From positions 1,892,311-1,932,310 of the forward strand of contig NZ_CP069163.1 of NCBI RefSeq assembly GCF_018802765.1: a DNA stretch of 40,000 nt, given 5' to 3'. The notes under the pieces were generated by a model. That model had not been told where the DNA came from, did not search any database, and saw nothing but the letters and a program-made list of their open reading frames with translations. A program made the translations under genes and the position numbers. This document shows, in pieces, positions 1 to 7,990 of this stretch. The DNA is from Paludibacterium sp. B53371. Lineage in GTDB: Bacteria; Pseudomonadota; Gammaproteobacteria; Burkholderiales; Chromobacteriaceae. Numbering within the stretch: the stretch's first letter is position 1; every line of letters begins with the position of its first letter.

Positions 1-283
1 TCGGCTGCCACGCAGCCGACAGCCGTGACCAGTCAGACGCATCCGGCGTTTTGCCATCAGGCAAGGACGCCAGTGCAGCAGCGATATCCTGCAGCGACAA
101 TCCCACCTGCTGGGCCGCACGAATAAAGGCAACCCGCCGCAAGGCATCACGCCGGAAGCGCCGCTGCCCGCCGGCCTGACGCACACTCGACAACAGGCCT
201 TGCGATTCGTAGTACCGCAAGGCACTGCTGGCCACCCCCGCCCGCTGCGCCAATTGCCCGATCGTCAGCCACACTTCCGCCAT
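1..283 (-). CDS. soxR: MerR-family redox-sensing regulator, SoxR-like (N-terminal 94 codons; C-terminus runs off the window)
   Basis: Reverse complement from ATG at 283..281 reads MAEVWLTIGQLAQRAGVASSALRYYESQGLLSSVRQAGGQRRFRRDALRRVAFIRAAQQVGLSLQDIAAALASLPDGKTPDASDWSRLSAAWQP. As recalled, this aligns along its length with the E. coli SoxR HTH and linker (SALHFYESKGL..S.R..GNQRRY.RD.LR.VA.I..AQ..G..L..I......LPEG.T....W..LS..W). It is absent from the ORF track because the window edge truncates it. The diagnostic Cys cluster lies outside the window. Confidence 0.7.
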   Translation of the reverse strand, partial: MAEVWLTIGQLAQRAGVASSALRYYESQGLLSSVRQAGGQRRFRRDALRRVAFIRAAQQVGLSLQDIAAALASLPDGKTPDASDWSRLSAAWQP

Positions 284-595
284 ACTCCCTCCGCACAGAC
301 ACCCATCTGACAACCACATCAATTATGCCATCTGTATCATTTAATCAACAATGACCGACCTGCGCACCCCCCCCTATCTCTCGCCCAAACCAGGGCGGGA
401 TTGTTAACCTTTATTTCGCATGTAAACAGCACATCCAGGCAAAACATGCGCCAAATAAGGCTTTCACTCAGCAAAGCATTGCAAATACACAATATTTAAT
501 AGTTGTCAACTGGCCACTGCAAAATGAATGGGATATAAACAAAGCACAGTAGATGCGCAGGGAGCCATCTTAAACGCTGTTCCAAGGAGTTGAAT

Positions 596-805
596 ATGAA
601 AACCCACATTTTTGCCGCCATTATTGCCATTTTCGCGGCAAGCACCCCGCTACTGGCCTCCGCCGACACCATGCCGGCCAGCACCGCCAACAACGAAGCC
701 AGCAACAGCAAGACGACGCTGAACTGTCAGTGGGCCCCGGGGAATGAAAGCCGTGGCGGCAACTGGGGCTGCGCCGACAAGGATCTTCACGACCACGGTC
801 AGTGA
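596..805 (+). CDS. small secreted protein (69 aa precursor, about 46 aa mature, two Cys)
   Basis: The ORF track gives 590..805 with a TTG start. I prefer ATG 596 because AAGGAG (584..589) sits 6 nt upstream. MKTHIFAAIIAIFAASTPLLASA then DT is a typical Sec signal with an ASA cleavage motif. The mature part is polar and contains C-x14-C. A strong hairpin follows at 834..858. Confidence 0.5.
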   Translation: MKTHIFAAIIAIFAASTPLLASADTMPASTANNEASNSKTTLNCQWAPGNESRGGNWGCADKDLHDHGQ

Positions 806-833
806 TGACGCCGTCGCGGCAGCCAGAAACCAC

Positions 834-858
834 AAAGGGGAGGCAGAGCCTCCCCTTT
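834..858. terminator. hairpin between convergent genes (bidirectional terminator candidate)
   Basis: AAAGGGGAGG (834..843), loop CAGAG, CCTCCCCTTT (849..858): a perfect 10-bp stem. It lies between the stop of the small secreted ORF (805) and the stop of the TetR gene (882). The T/A tracts on either side are short. Confidence 0.5.
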
Positions 859-881
859 GTCCTATTCCCGACAGCGCCGAC

Positions 882-1490
882 TCAAACGGCCATGCCCTCA
901 AAGCAGACACTCAGCATATGCTCAACAATCTGCTCGTCCGAATAATCACCATATAAACGCAAGTACTCGACCGCCGGGTCACAACTGCGTGCATAGTAAG
1001 CAAACAGAATCACATCATCCGGCAAGTCGCCGCGCAGCAGCTTCTGCTTCTTCGCCGAAGCCACCAACTTTCCCAGCAATTTGTGCAGACGCGCTGCCCG
1101 CAACACATAGCGCGGACTGCGCGTCAGCATCTCGCGCACCTGAACACTGGTTGACGGCAAGAAGGGCAAACCGCCCTGCAGGCGGGTGCGCAGCGCCCAG
1201 GCCAGCAGGGCCTGCAGCTTGGCCACCGGATTCATCGCCTGATCGAGCCCGGCAACAAAGGCCACCGCATCATCCAGCAGGCGGATCATCACCTCGGTAG
1301 CCAGCTCTTCCTTGGACTTGAAGTGCTTGTACAGACTCGGCTTGGAGATACCGACCTCCCCGGCGACATCATCCATGGTCATCAAGTCAAAACCCTTGCT
1401 GGCCAATAGCTTTGTCGTGGCGTCCATCACTGCCTGCTCACGCAGACGGAATGCCTGATCCTTGAAACTGAGTCGGGATAAAATACTCAT
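882..1490 (-). CDS. TetR/AcrR-family transcriptional regulator
   Basis: 202-aa ORF. The N-terminal HTH MTMDDVAGEVGISKPSLYKHFKSKEEL is the TetR signature. It is divergent from the 1580..6182 cluster. Confidence 0.9.
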   Translation of the reverse strand: MSILSRLSFKDQAFRLREQAVMDATTKLLASKGFDLMTMDDVAGEVGISKPSLYKHFKSKEELATEVMIRLLDDAVAFVAGLDQAMNPVAKLQALLAWALRTRLQGGLPFLPSTSVQVREMLTRSPRYVLRAARLHKLLGKLVASAKKQKLLRGDLPDDVILFAYYARSCDPAVEYLRLYGDYSDEQIVEHMLSVCFEGMAV

Positions 1491-1503
1491 CGGTATTGTC
1501 TTT

Positions 1504-1515
1504 TACTAATTAGTA
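1504..1515. promoter_or_regulatory. perfect 12-bp palindrome TACTAATTAGTA, candidate TetR operator
   Basis: Read directly in the 89-bp divergent intergenic region. A TTGACT -35-like hexamer follows at 1522..1527, and ACTATA/TATAAA lies about 17-19 bp downstream. Confidence 0.45.
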
Positions 1516-1579
1516 GATTTTTTGACTGCAAGGTTATATCCTGCACTATAAACAAGCCAGCCATCACTGCCAAGCAAAC

Positions 1580-2875
1580 ATGCAGGAGAACCAGTTGAAC
1601 CCGACAGAGACAAAGCGTATCGCCGTCATCGGCTCAGGCATCAGCGGCCTCGCCACTGCCTATCTGCTCAATCCGCGTCACGATGTCACCTTGTTCGAAG
1701 CGGCCGATTATGCCGGGGGCCATACCCACACGGTCGACATCGAGGTGGACGGGCAATCCTTCCCGGTCGATACCGGCTTTCTGGTCTGCAATCGCCGCAC
1801 CTATCCCAATCTGCTCGGCCTGCTGGCGGAACTGGGCATTACCTTGCATCCGAGTGACATGGGATTTTCGGTCTCCGCCGGCGAAGGGGAGCTGGAATGG
1901 GCCGGCAGCAACCTGAATACGGTCTTCGCCCAGCGCAGTAATCTGCTGTCGCCGGGATTTTACGGCATGCTGGCCGACATCCTGCGCTTTAATCGTCATG
2001 CCGAGCGCTATCTGCAGCAGTGTCACGTGACACCTTGCACTCTGGGCGAACTGGTGCAGCGCGAAGGCTACCGTCCGCGATTCCTGCAGCACTACCTACT
2101 TCCCATGGCAGCGGCGATCTGGTCCAGCCCGATGCGGGACATTCTGGCTTTCCCGGCAGAGACCTTTCTGCGCTTCTGCCACAACCACGGACTGCTACAG
2201 GTCAATCAGCGGCCTCAGTGGTACACCATTCCGGGCGGCGCGCGACGCTACGTCGAGCGCATGCTGGCCACGCTGAAAGACGTGCGCCTGAATACCCCGG
2301 TACTGTCGGTGTCACGCGGTCCGCAGCAGGCTGTGGTCATCAGCGCCCATGGCAGCGAAAGCTTCGACGCAGTCGTGTTCGCCACCCACGCCCCGGACAC
2401 CCTGAAAATACTGTCTGACCCGAGTCAGGCCGAGCAAAGCCTGCTGTCCGCGGTGCGCTATCAGCGCAACCTGGCGATCCTGCATCGCGACCCCGGCCTG
2501 CTGCCACGACGCCGACGTGCCTGGTCGGCCTGGAACTACCTGATTCAGAACCAGCCAACCGAGCCGCAGCAATGTTGCGTTACCTATCTGCTCAACAAGC
2601 TGCAACCCTTGCCGGTCAGCAGCCCGGTCATGGTCACCCTGAACCCGCCACGCCTGCCGGACAGCAACCTGATTGACGGCAGCTTTGTCTACGAACACCC
2701 ACTGATGGACCAGGCTGCCATGAACGCCCAGCAGAACCTGGCCAGCCTGCAAGGTCAGCAACACTGCTGGTACGCCGGCGCCTGGACGGGCTATGGTTTT
2801 CATGAAGACGGACTCAAATCGGCACTGCGCGTGGCGCGCGACTTCGGCGTCTCGCCGTCCTGGGGGGTACTGTGA
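1580..2875 (+). CDS. NAD/FAD-binding amine-oxidase-like oxidoreductase (COG2907-type)
   Basis: 431 aa. N-terminal Rossmann motif KRIAVIGSGISGLATAYLL followed by LFEAADYAGGHTHT. The stop overlaps the next gene's start (GTGA at 2872..2875). Confidence 0.9.
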   Translation: MQENQLNPTETKRIAVIGSGISGLATAYLLNPRHDVTLFEAADYAGGHTHTVDIEVDGQSFPVDTGFLVCNRRTYPNLLGLLAELGITLHPSDMGFSVSAGEGELEWAGSNLNTVFAQRSNLLSPGFYGMLADILRFNRHAERYLQQCHVTPCTLGELVQREGYRPRFLQHYLLPMAAAIWSSPMRDILAFPAETFLRFCHNHGLLQVNQRPQWYTIPGGARRYVERMLATLKDVRLNTPVLSVSRGPQQAVVISAHGSESFDAVVFATHAPDTLKILSDPSQAEQSLLSAVRYQRNLAILHRDPGLLPRRRRAWSAWNYLIQNQPTEPQQCCVTYLLNKLQPLPVSSPVMVTLNPPRLPDSNLIDGSFVYEHPLMDQAAMNAQQNLASLQGQQHCWYAGAWTGYGFHEDGLKSALRVARDFGVSPSWGVL

Positions 2876-3657
2876 GCCAGACGGATCATGCCCGACTCTA
2901 CCGGGGCTCGGTGATGCACCGCCGGCTCAGGCCAGTGCTGCATCAGTTCAGCTATCCGGTATTTTTCATCCGCCTGCGCCTGGACGCCCTGCATACCCTT
3001 GGCAACCGCTGGTTCGGCGTCGACTGCTGGCGACTGCTCTCGGTCAGACAACGCGACTACGGTCCGCGCGACGGCAGTCCCCTGCTGCCCTGGATTCGCC
3101 AGCAACTGGCACAGGCAGGCTTGCCGCATGATGGCCACGTCTGGCTGCAGACCTTCCCGCGCATCGCCGGCTTCGCCTTCAACCCGGTCAGTTTCTGGCA
3201 TTGTCACAACGGTGACGGGGCGCTGTGCGCCATCCTGGCGGAGGTCAACAACACCTTCGGGGAACATCACGGCTACCTGCTGGCCAGCCCGGATGGCAGC
3301 CCCATCACCCCAGACACCCCGCTGCACTGCCGCAAGCAGTTTCATGTCTCGCCATTTTGCCGGGTCGAAGGCGGCTACCGTTTCCGCTTCAGAGAAACCG
3401 CAGAGCGCAGCTTCACCGGCATCGACCTGCACGACGAACTCGGCCCGCTGATCCAGACCTCGATCAGCGGCCAGGCCCGGCCCTTTACCCGTCACAACCT
3501 GTTGCGCGCCCTGCTGGCCCAACCACTGCTTACCCTGGGGATTGTCTGGCGCATTCACTGGCAGGCCCTGCAGTTGTGGCTGAAAAAAGTTCCTTTCCAT
3601 CACAAACCACCTGCACCAGGCCACGCCATCAGCAGCAATCTGGAGAAACCATCATGA
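2872..3657 (+). CDS. DUF1365-family protein
   Basis: 261 aa. The N-terminus LYRGSVMHRRLRPVLHQFSYPVFF is the typical DUF1365 opening. It is translationally coupled on both sides (GTGA upstream, ATGA at 3654..3657 downstream). Confidence 0.85.
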   Translation: MSQTDHARLYRGSVMHRRLRPVLHQFSYPVFFIRLRLDALHTLGNRWFGVDCWRLLSVRQRDYGPRDGSPLLPWIRQQLAQAGLPHDGHVWLQTFPRIAGFAFNPVSFWHCHNGDGALCAILAEVNNTFGEHHGYLLASPDGSPITPDTPLHCRKQFHVSPFCRVEGGYRFRFRETAERSFTGIDLHDELGPLIQTSISGQARPFTRHNLLRALLAQPLLTLGIVWRIHWQALQLWLKKVPFHHKPPAPGHAISSNLEKPS

Positions 3658-4880
3658 GTCAGACGGCATCCCATGCCCTCCGCCGCACGACGGCCCGCCC
3701 TCCCGCGGCGGCCCGCGCCTTTCTGTCCCTGTTACGCCGGTTGCACACCGGCCACCTGCGGCTGACCTGCCCGGATGGCAGCCAGGTCGATTTCGGCCAG
3801 CCGGGGCACGGCCTGCACGCCGAATTGCAACTGACTGACTGGCGCGCCTGCGCCATGATCCTGCGCCAGGGGGATATCGGTTTTGCCGAAGCCTGGCGAG
3901 ACGGACTGCTGCAATGCCGCGACCTGACAGCCTTGCTGCGCCTGGCGCTGCAAAACAGCCAGGCACTGGAGCCAGCGGTATTTGGTACCCGACTGGCCAG
4001 CCTGTGGTATCGCCTGCGGCATTTCCTGCGCCGCAACAGCCGCAGCGGCAGTCGGCGCAACATTCAGGCGCACTACGATCTGGGCAATGACTTCTATCGT
4101 CTGTGGCTGGATGAAAGCTGGACCTATTCCAGCGCCTGGTTCAACGGCGATCTGCGCCAGCCATTGGCCAGGGCGCAGCATGCCAAGTATCAGCGCATCA
4201 TCGATACGCTGGCCCTCAAGCCCGGCATGCGGGTACTGGAGATCGGCTGCGGCTGGGGTGGTTTTGCCGAAGTGGCCACCGCGCAGGGCATTGCCGTGCA
4301 TGGCATCACCCTGTCTCAAGAGCAGTTGCAACACGCCAGGACCCGCCTGGCCGGCACCGAGCTTGCCACCCTCGCCCTGCAGGACTACCGCGACCTGGAC
4401 GAACGCTTCGACGCCATTGTGTCGATCGAGATGTTCGAAGCCGTGGGCGAGGCCTGGTGGCCCACTTTCTTTGCCACACTGAAACGCTGCCTGCGGCCGG
4501 GGGGGCGTGCACTGGTTCAGAGCATCACCATTGATGAGCGCCATTTTCTGCGTTATCGCGCCGGCAGCGACTTTATCCAGCAGTTCATCTTCCCCGGCGG
4601 CATGCTGCCCAGCGTGCCGCGCTTCGAAGCGCTGGCCCGGCACCACGGACTGGACAGCCGGGACCGGCTGGACTTCGGCCGCGATTATGCAGAAACCCTG
4701 CGACGCTGGCGCAGCGCCTTCGAAGCAGCGCTGCCCGCTGTCGCCGCCCAGGGGTTTGACGAAGCTTTCATTCGCCTGTGGCGTCTGTATCTGAGCTACT
4801 GCGAGGCCGGCTTCGAAGAAGAGCGCATCGGGGTCTCGCAATTCCTGCTCACCCAGACCGAAGAAGGAGAACCGGCATGA
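3654..4880 (+). CDS. cyclopropane-fatty-acyl-phospholipid-synthase-family SAM-dependent methyltransferase
   Basis: In-frame ATG at 3654 within track ORF 3225..4880 (MSQTASHALRR...). Motifs AHYDLGNDFYRLWLD, SAM motif VLEIGCGWGGFA, and C-terminal WRLYLSYCEAGF. The 3225..3653 extension overlaps the DUF1365 gene and is rejected. Confidence 0.9.
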   Translation: MSQTASHALRRTTARPPAAARAFLSLLRRLHTGHLRLTCPDGSQVDFGQPGHGLHAELQLTDWRACAMILRQGDIGFAEAWRDGLLQCRDLTALLRLALQNSQALEPAVFGTRLASLWYRLRHFLRRNSRSGSRRNIQAHYDLGNDFYRLWLDESWTYSSAWFNGDLRQPLARAQHAKYQRIIDTLALKPGMRVLEIGCGWGGFAEVATAQGIAVHGITLSQEQLQHARTRLAGTELATLALQDYRDLDERFDAIVSIEMFEAVGEAWWPTFFATLKRCLRPGGRALVQSITIDERHFLRYRAGSDFIQQFIFPGGMLPSVPRFEALARHHGLDSRDRLDFGRDYAETLRRWRSAFEAALPAVAAQGFDEAFIRLWRLYLSYCEAGFEEERIGVSQFLLTQTEEGEPA

Positions 4881-5398
4881 AGCGACTGATCGTGTTGCTG
4901 GCGGTGTGGCTGACGGGTTGTGCCGCCCCCGACATCCACAGTTATCAGCAGGACAAACCGGCACTGGATCCCGCGCGTTTCTTCCTGGGGGACACCCAGG
5001 CCTGGGGCATGTTCCAGCAACGGGACGGCCGTGTCCTGAAACGGTTCACTGTCCAGATTCATGGCCGCATGGAGGGTGAGCAGCTGGTACTCGACGAGCA
5101 CTTTCTGTATAGCGACGGCACAACGCAGCAACGGACCTGGCGCTTGCGCGCCCAGGGCAACGGACAGTGGCGGGGCAACGCGGCCGATGTGGTTGGCGAC
5201 GCTCGTGGCGAGGCCGCCGGCAATGCCCTGCACTGGCGCTATCGCCTGCAGCTGCCTGAGGCCCAGTCCGGCTGGCAGGTCGATTTTGATGACTGGATGT
5301 TCCTGATCGATGATCAGACCATGGTCAATCGCGCCACCATGAGCAAATTCGGCATTCGGCTGGGCGAAGTGACGCTATTCTTCCGCAAGGGCGGCTGA
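4877..5398 (+). CDS. DUF3833-family lipoprotein
   Basis: In-frame ATG 4877 overlaps the upstream stop (ATGA). MKRLIVLLAVWLTGCAAP carries a lipobox (LTGC). The body (FFLGDTQAWGMFQQRDGRV..., DFDDWMFLIDD..., NRATMSKFG) reads like DUF3833. Confidence 0.8.
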   Translation: MKRLIVLLAVWLTGCAAPDIHSYQQDKPALDPARFFLGDTQAWGMFQQRDGRVLKRFTVQIHGRMEGEQLVLDEHFLYSDGTTQQRTWRLRAQGNGQWRGNAADVVGDARGEAAGNALHWRYRLQLPEAQSGWQVDFDDWMFLIDDQTMVNRATMSKFGIRLGEVTLFFRKGG

Positions 5399-5399
5399 G

Positions 5400-6182
5400 A
5401 TGTGGCCCTGGAAGGCAATGAACCCGCCCCTGCAGCACTGGCGGGGACAGCGTGTCTGGCTGATCGGCGCCTCGAGCGGCATTGGCGCCGCCCTGGCCAG
5501 GCATTTGCTGGCGCAGGGGGCATACGTCATTCTCAGCGCGCGCAATGTCGAGCAACTGACCAGCGTGGCGGCCGGCCATCCCGCTGCCCGCATCCTGCCG
5601 CTGGATGTCTGCAGCCGCGAGGACTGGCAGCAGGCTGCCCGCACACTCTCGGCAGAACACTCCCCCGACATGCTGATTTACTGTGCGGCCGACTATCAGC
5701 CGGAGCACAGCTGGCAGGTCAACCCGGAGCGCGCCGCCCATACACTGGACGTGAATCTCAATGGCGTCTATCGCGCGCTTTCGCTGCTATTGAATGACTG
5801 GCGTGCACGGCGCCACGGGCGGATTGTGCTGGTGGCCAGCGTGGCCGGCTACTTCGGCCTGCCGGGTGCGCCCGTGTATGGCCCCGGCAAGGCCGCGCTG
5901 ATCAATCTGGCGGAGCTGCTGTACGTCGAGCTGCATACCCAGGGACTGTCGGTCCAGCTGGTGAACCCCGGATTTGTGGCCACCCGGCTGACCGCCCGCA
6001 ATCGATTCAGCATGCCCGGCCTGCAGACACCGGAGCAGGCGGCGGCCCACATTGAAGCCGGATTGCGCCGCGGCAGCTTCGAAATTCACTTTCCGCGGCA
6101 TTTCACCCTGCTGCTCAAGTGCCTGCGCACCCTGCCGTTCCGCTGGCGGGCCCGGCTACTACAAAGATTTGCAAGCAGCTGA
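5400..6182 (+). CDS. short-chain dehydrogenase/reductase (SDR)
   Basis: 260 aa. Cofactor motif LIGASSGIGAALA and catalytic YGPGKAAL (YxxxK). It starts 1 nt after the DUF3833 stop. An alternative start is the Met at 5418. Confidence 0.85.
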   Translation: MWPWKAMNPPLQHWRGQRVWLIGASSGIGAALARHLLAQGAYVILSARNVEQLTSVAAGHPAARILPLDVCSREDWQQAARTLSAEHSPDMLIYCAADYQPEHSWQVNPERAAHTLDVNLNGVYRALSLLLNDWRARRHGRIVLVASVAGYFGLPGAPVYGPGKAALINLAELLYVELHTQGLSVQLVNPGFVATRLTARNRFSMPGLQTPEQAAAHIEAGLRRGSFEIHFPRHFTLLLKCLRTLPFRWRARLLQRFASS

Positions 6183-6281
6183 TTTTCATTGACTTTTTAG
6201 CAAACCAGCCGTCAAAAAAGACCTGGCAGGCCATTTCGGGTATCATAGCGCTATCCCCCTCTTTCCTGTCAGATTGCTAAC

Positions 6282-7079
6282 GTGTATCAGCTTATCGCTT
6301 CCGACCTCGACGGCACCCTGCTTGACGCCAGCCACGCCGTCAATGACTTCACGGCCCAGACCTTGCGTGCACTGGATGATCAGGGCATTCATCTGGTGAT
6401 CGCCACCGGACGCCACTTCCTCGATGTGAACGGCATCCGCGCCACGCTGGGTGTCCGCGCCCATCTGATCACCTCCAATGGCGCCCGGGTCCACGACCCC
6501 GACAACCGGCTGATCCATCAGAGCAACCTGCCGCCGGCGCTGGTCCGCGAGCTGGCAGACCCGGCACTGAGCGAAGGCTGTCTGCTGAATTTCTATCTGG
6601 ATGATGCCTGGCTGATCAATCAGCCGTGCCAATGGTTACTGGACATGCATCGGGACTCGGGCTTCACCTATCAGGTCGAAACACTCACCGAGCATGATGG
6701 CCAGGGGGTCGCCAAGGTGCTCTACATTGCACCCCACGCGCACCTGCTGAGCGTCGAGCAGAAGCTGCATGCCCGCTTCGGCGACACGGTCACCATCACC
6801 TTCTCCGCCGATGACTGTCTGGAGGTGATGGCACGGGATGTCTCCAAGGGGTCGGCACTGGAGATGATCCTGGCGCGACTGCAGATCGACCCGGCGCATT
6901 GCGTGGCCTTCGGCGATGGCCAAAATGATATCGAACTGTTGCAGCTGGCCGGCCATCCGCGACTGATGGGCAACGCGCATCCGCGACTGGCAGAACAGCT
7001 GCCGGCCGCGCCGCGCATCGGCCATCACGACGACGCGGCTGTCGCCCGCCACCTGCGTGAGCTGTTCAAACTGCCCTGA
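6282..7079 (+). CDS. Cof-type HAD-IIB phosphatase
   Basis: 265 aa with a GTG start. HAD motif I SDLDGTLL, motif IV GDGQNDIELL, and the Cof-type cap region. Confidence 0.9.
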   Translation: MYQLIASDLDGTLLDASHAVNDFTAQTLRALDDQGIHLVIATGRHFLDVNGIRATLGVRAHLITSNGARVHDPDNRLIHQSNLPPALVRELADPALSEGCLLNFYLDDAWLINQPCQWLLDMHRDSGFTYQVETLTEHDGQGVAKVLYIAPHAHLLSVEQKLHARFGDTVTITFSADDCLEVMARDVSKGSALEMILARLQIDPAHCVAFGDGQNDIELLQLAGHPRLMGNAHPRLAEQLPAAPRIGHHDDAAVARHLRELFKLP

Positions 7080-7090
7080 GCCCCGGACAA

Positions 7091-7132
7091 CAAAACAAAA
7101 AGCCGCACCCGAAGGTGCGGCTTTTTGTTTTG
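7091..7132. terminator. rho-independent terminator, bidirectional design
   Basis: AGCCGCACC (7101..7109), loop CGAA, GGTGCGGCT (7114..7122). It is flanked by CAAAACAAAAA upstream and TTTTTGTTTTG downstream, so it can terminate either strand. Confidence 0.8.
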
Positions 7133-7158
7133 CGTGACAGTCCGGTATCAAGCTGTCC

Positions 7159-7265
7159 AGGTTGCGCGCATACCGCTATTGATCTGTCCTGTACGACTAC
7201 CCCGACGCACAAGACAGGAACCAGCGTATAAGAGCGAAGGATGCATCACGGAATGCGCGCAACCT
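7159..7265. repeat. 13-bp perfect inverted repeat (AGGTTGCGCGCAT / ATGCGCGCAACCT) enclosing an 81-nt loop
   Basis: Arms at 7159..7171 and 7253..7265, read directly. An inner 6-bp hairpin is formed by TCCTGT (7187..7192) and ACAGGA (7214..7219). It lies in an about 390-bp stretch with no convincing ORF. Confidence 0.5.
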
Positions 7266-7519
7266 CGACATCCTGCTGAACTGCCCGGGTGACCCCGAAT
7301 CGGTGCGGCGTTTTGTGGCTGCCGTCCGATAAGTTCAGCTTACGCCTCCGACAGAATTTTGCTCGTCGTTAATCTGAATTTGACTAGACAAACATGTGAA
7401 AACTTCTGAAAATTTCTGAATGGCGGCAGTTTTCCCCTGTCATGGCGCATGAACACGCCACCCTTCGCGCCAACAAAGCGGCACGCGGGTACCACACCAG
7501 AAGGTTCAATCAAGGGGGG

Positions 7520-7990
7520 TTACTGCTCGGTGCAATAGAACTGCAGGTCTTCATTCACCTGCACATTGAACAGCCCATCGGCCACCGGGGTGAAGGTCAT
7601 GGCGCCATCGGCACCGGGCTGAATCATGGGAAAGAGATCGGTCACATCGTCGGCGGTGTCGTCGCGATAGCGCGCCAGGCTGCGCACCAGATAGCGATAT
7701 CGCCCCATGCCCAGATCCTGAAAGTGCACATCCAGCTGCCGATGGAGCACATGCACGGTGCCATTGGCACGCCAGCTCAAATTGAAAATCCACTGCGATC
7801 CTGCGGGAAAAACCATCAGATGACCCGAGGCGGTCGAACTGCTGTCACGGGCAATGGCCACATTGGCCAGGCAGGGATGTCTTGGCGCATATTCGCGCCC
7901 GCCGGCAGGATTGCCCCACCACAGCGTCGCCGCCAGCACGCCCTCGAGCGCCAGGATGATCAGAGATTTTTTTGCATCAGGGATATGCAT
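7520..7990 (-). CDS. hypothetical membrane-anchored protein, ToxS/TcpH-like by position and topology only
   Basis: Track ORF 7520..8023. I prefer the Met giving MHIPDAKKSLIILALEGVLAATLWW (one N-terminal TM segment followed by about 125 soluble residues). Third-position GC is high in this frame, and the antisense ORF 7442..8038 looks like a shadow. It overlaps the upstream regulator gene by 31 nt. I recognise no family motif. Confidence 0.5.
   Translation of the reverse strand: MHIPDAKKSLIILALEGVLAATLWWGNPAGGREYAPRHPCLANVAIARDSSSTASGHLMVFPAGSQWIFNLSWRANGTVHVLHRQLDVHFQDLGMGRYRYLVRSLARYRDDTADDVTDLFPMIQPGADGAMTFTPVADGLFNVQVNEDLQFYCTEQ

Noticed and set aside
284-595. Searched for a SoxR box (CCTCAAG-N-CTTGAGG between -35 and -10) in the soxR-like divergent region.
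   Set aside because: No such palindrome is present. Only weak partial repeats occur around TTGCAAATAC...TAGTTGTCAA.
3225-3653. N-terminal 143-codon extension of the CFA-synthase-like ORF.
   Set aside because: It overlaps the DUF1365 gene in another frame and is Pro/Arg-rich. An ATG at 3654 forms an ATGA overlap with the upstream stop, and the recognisable protein begins there.
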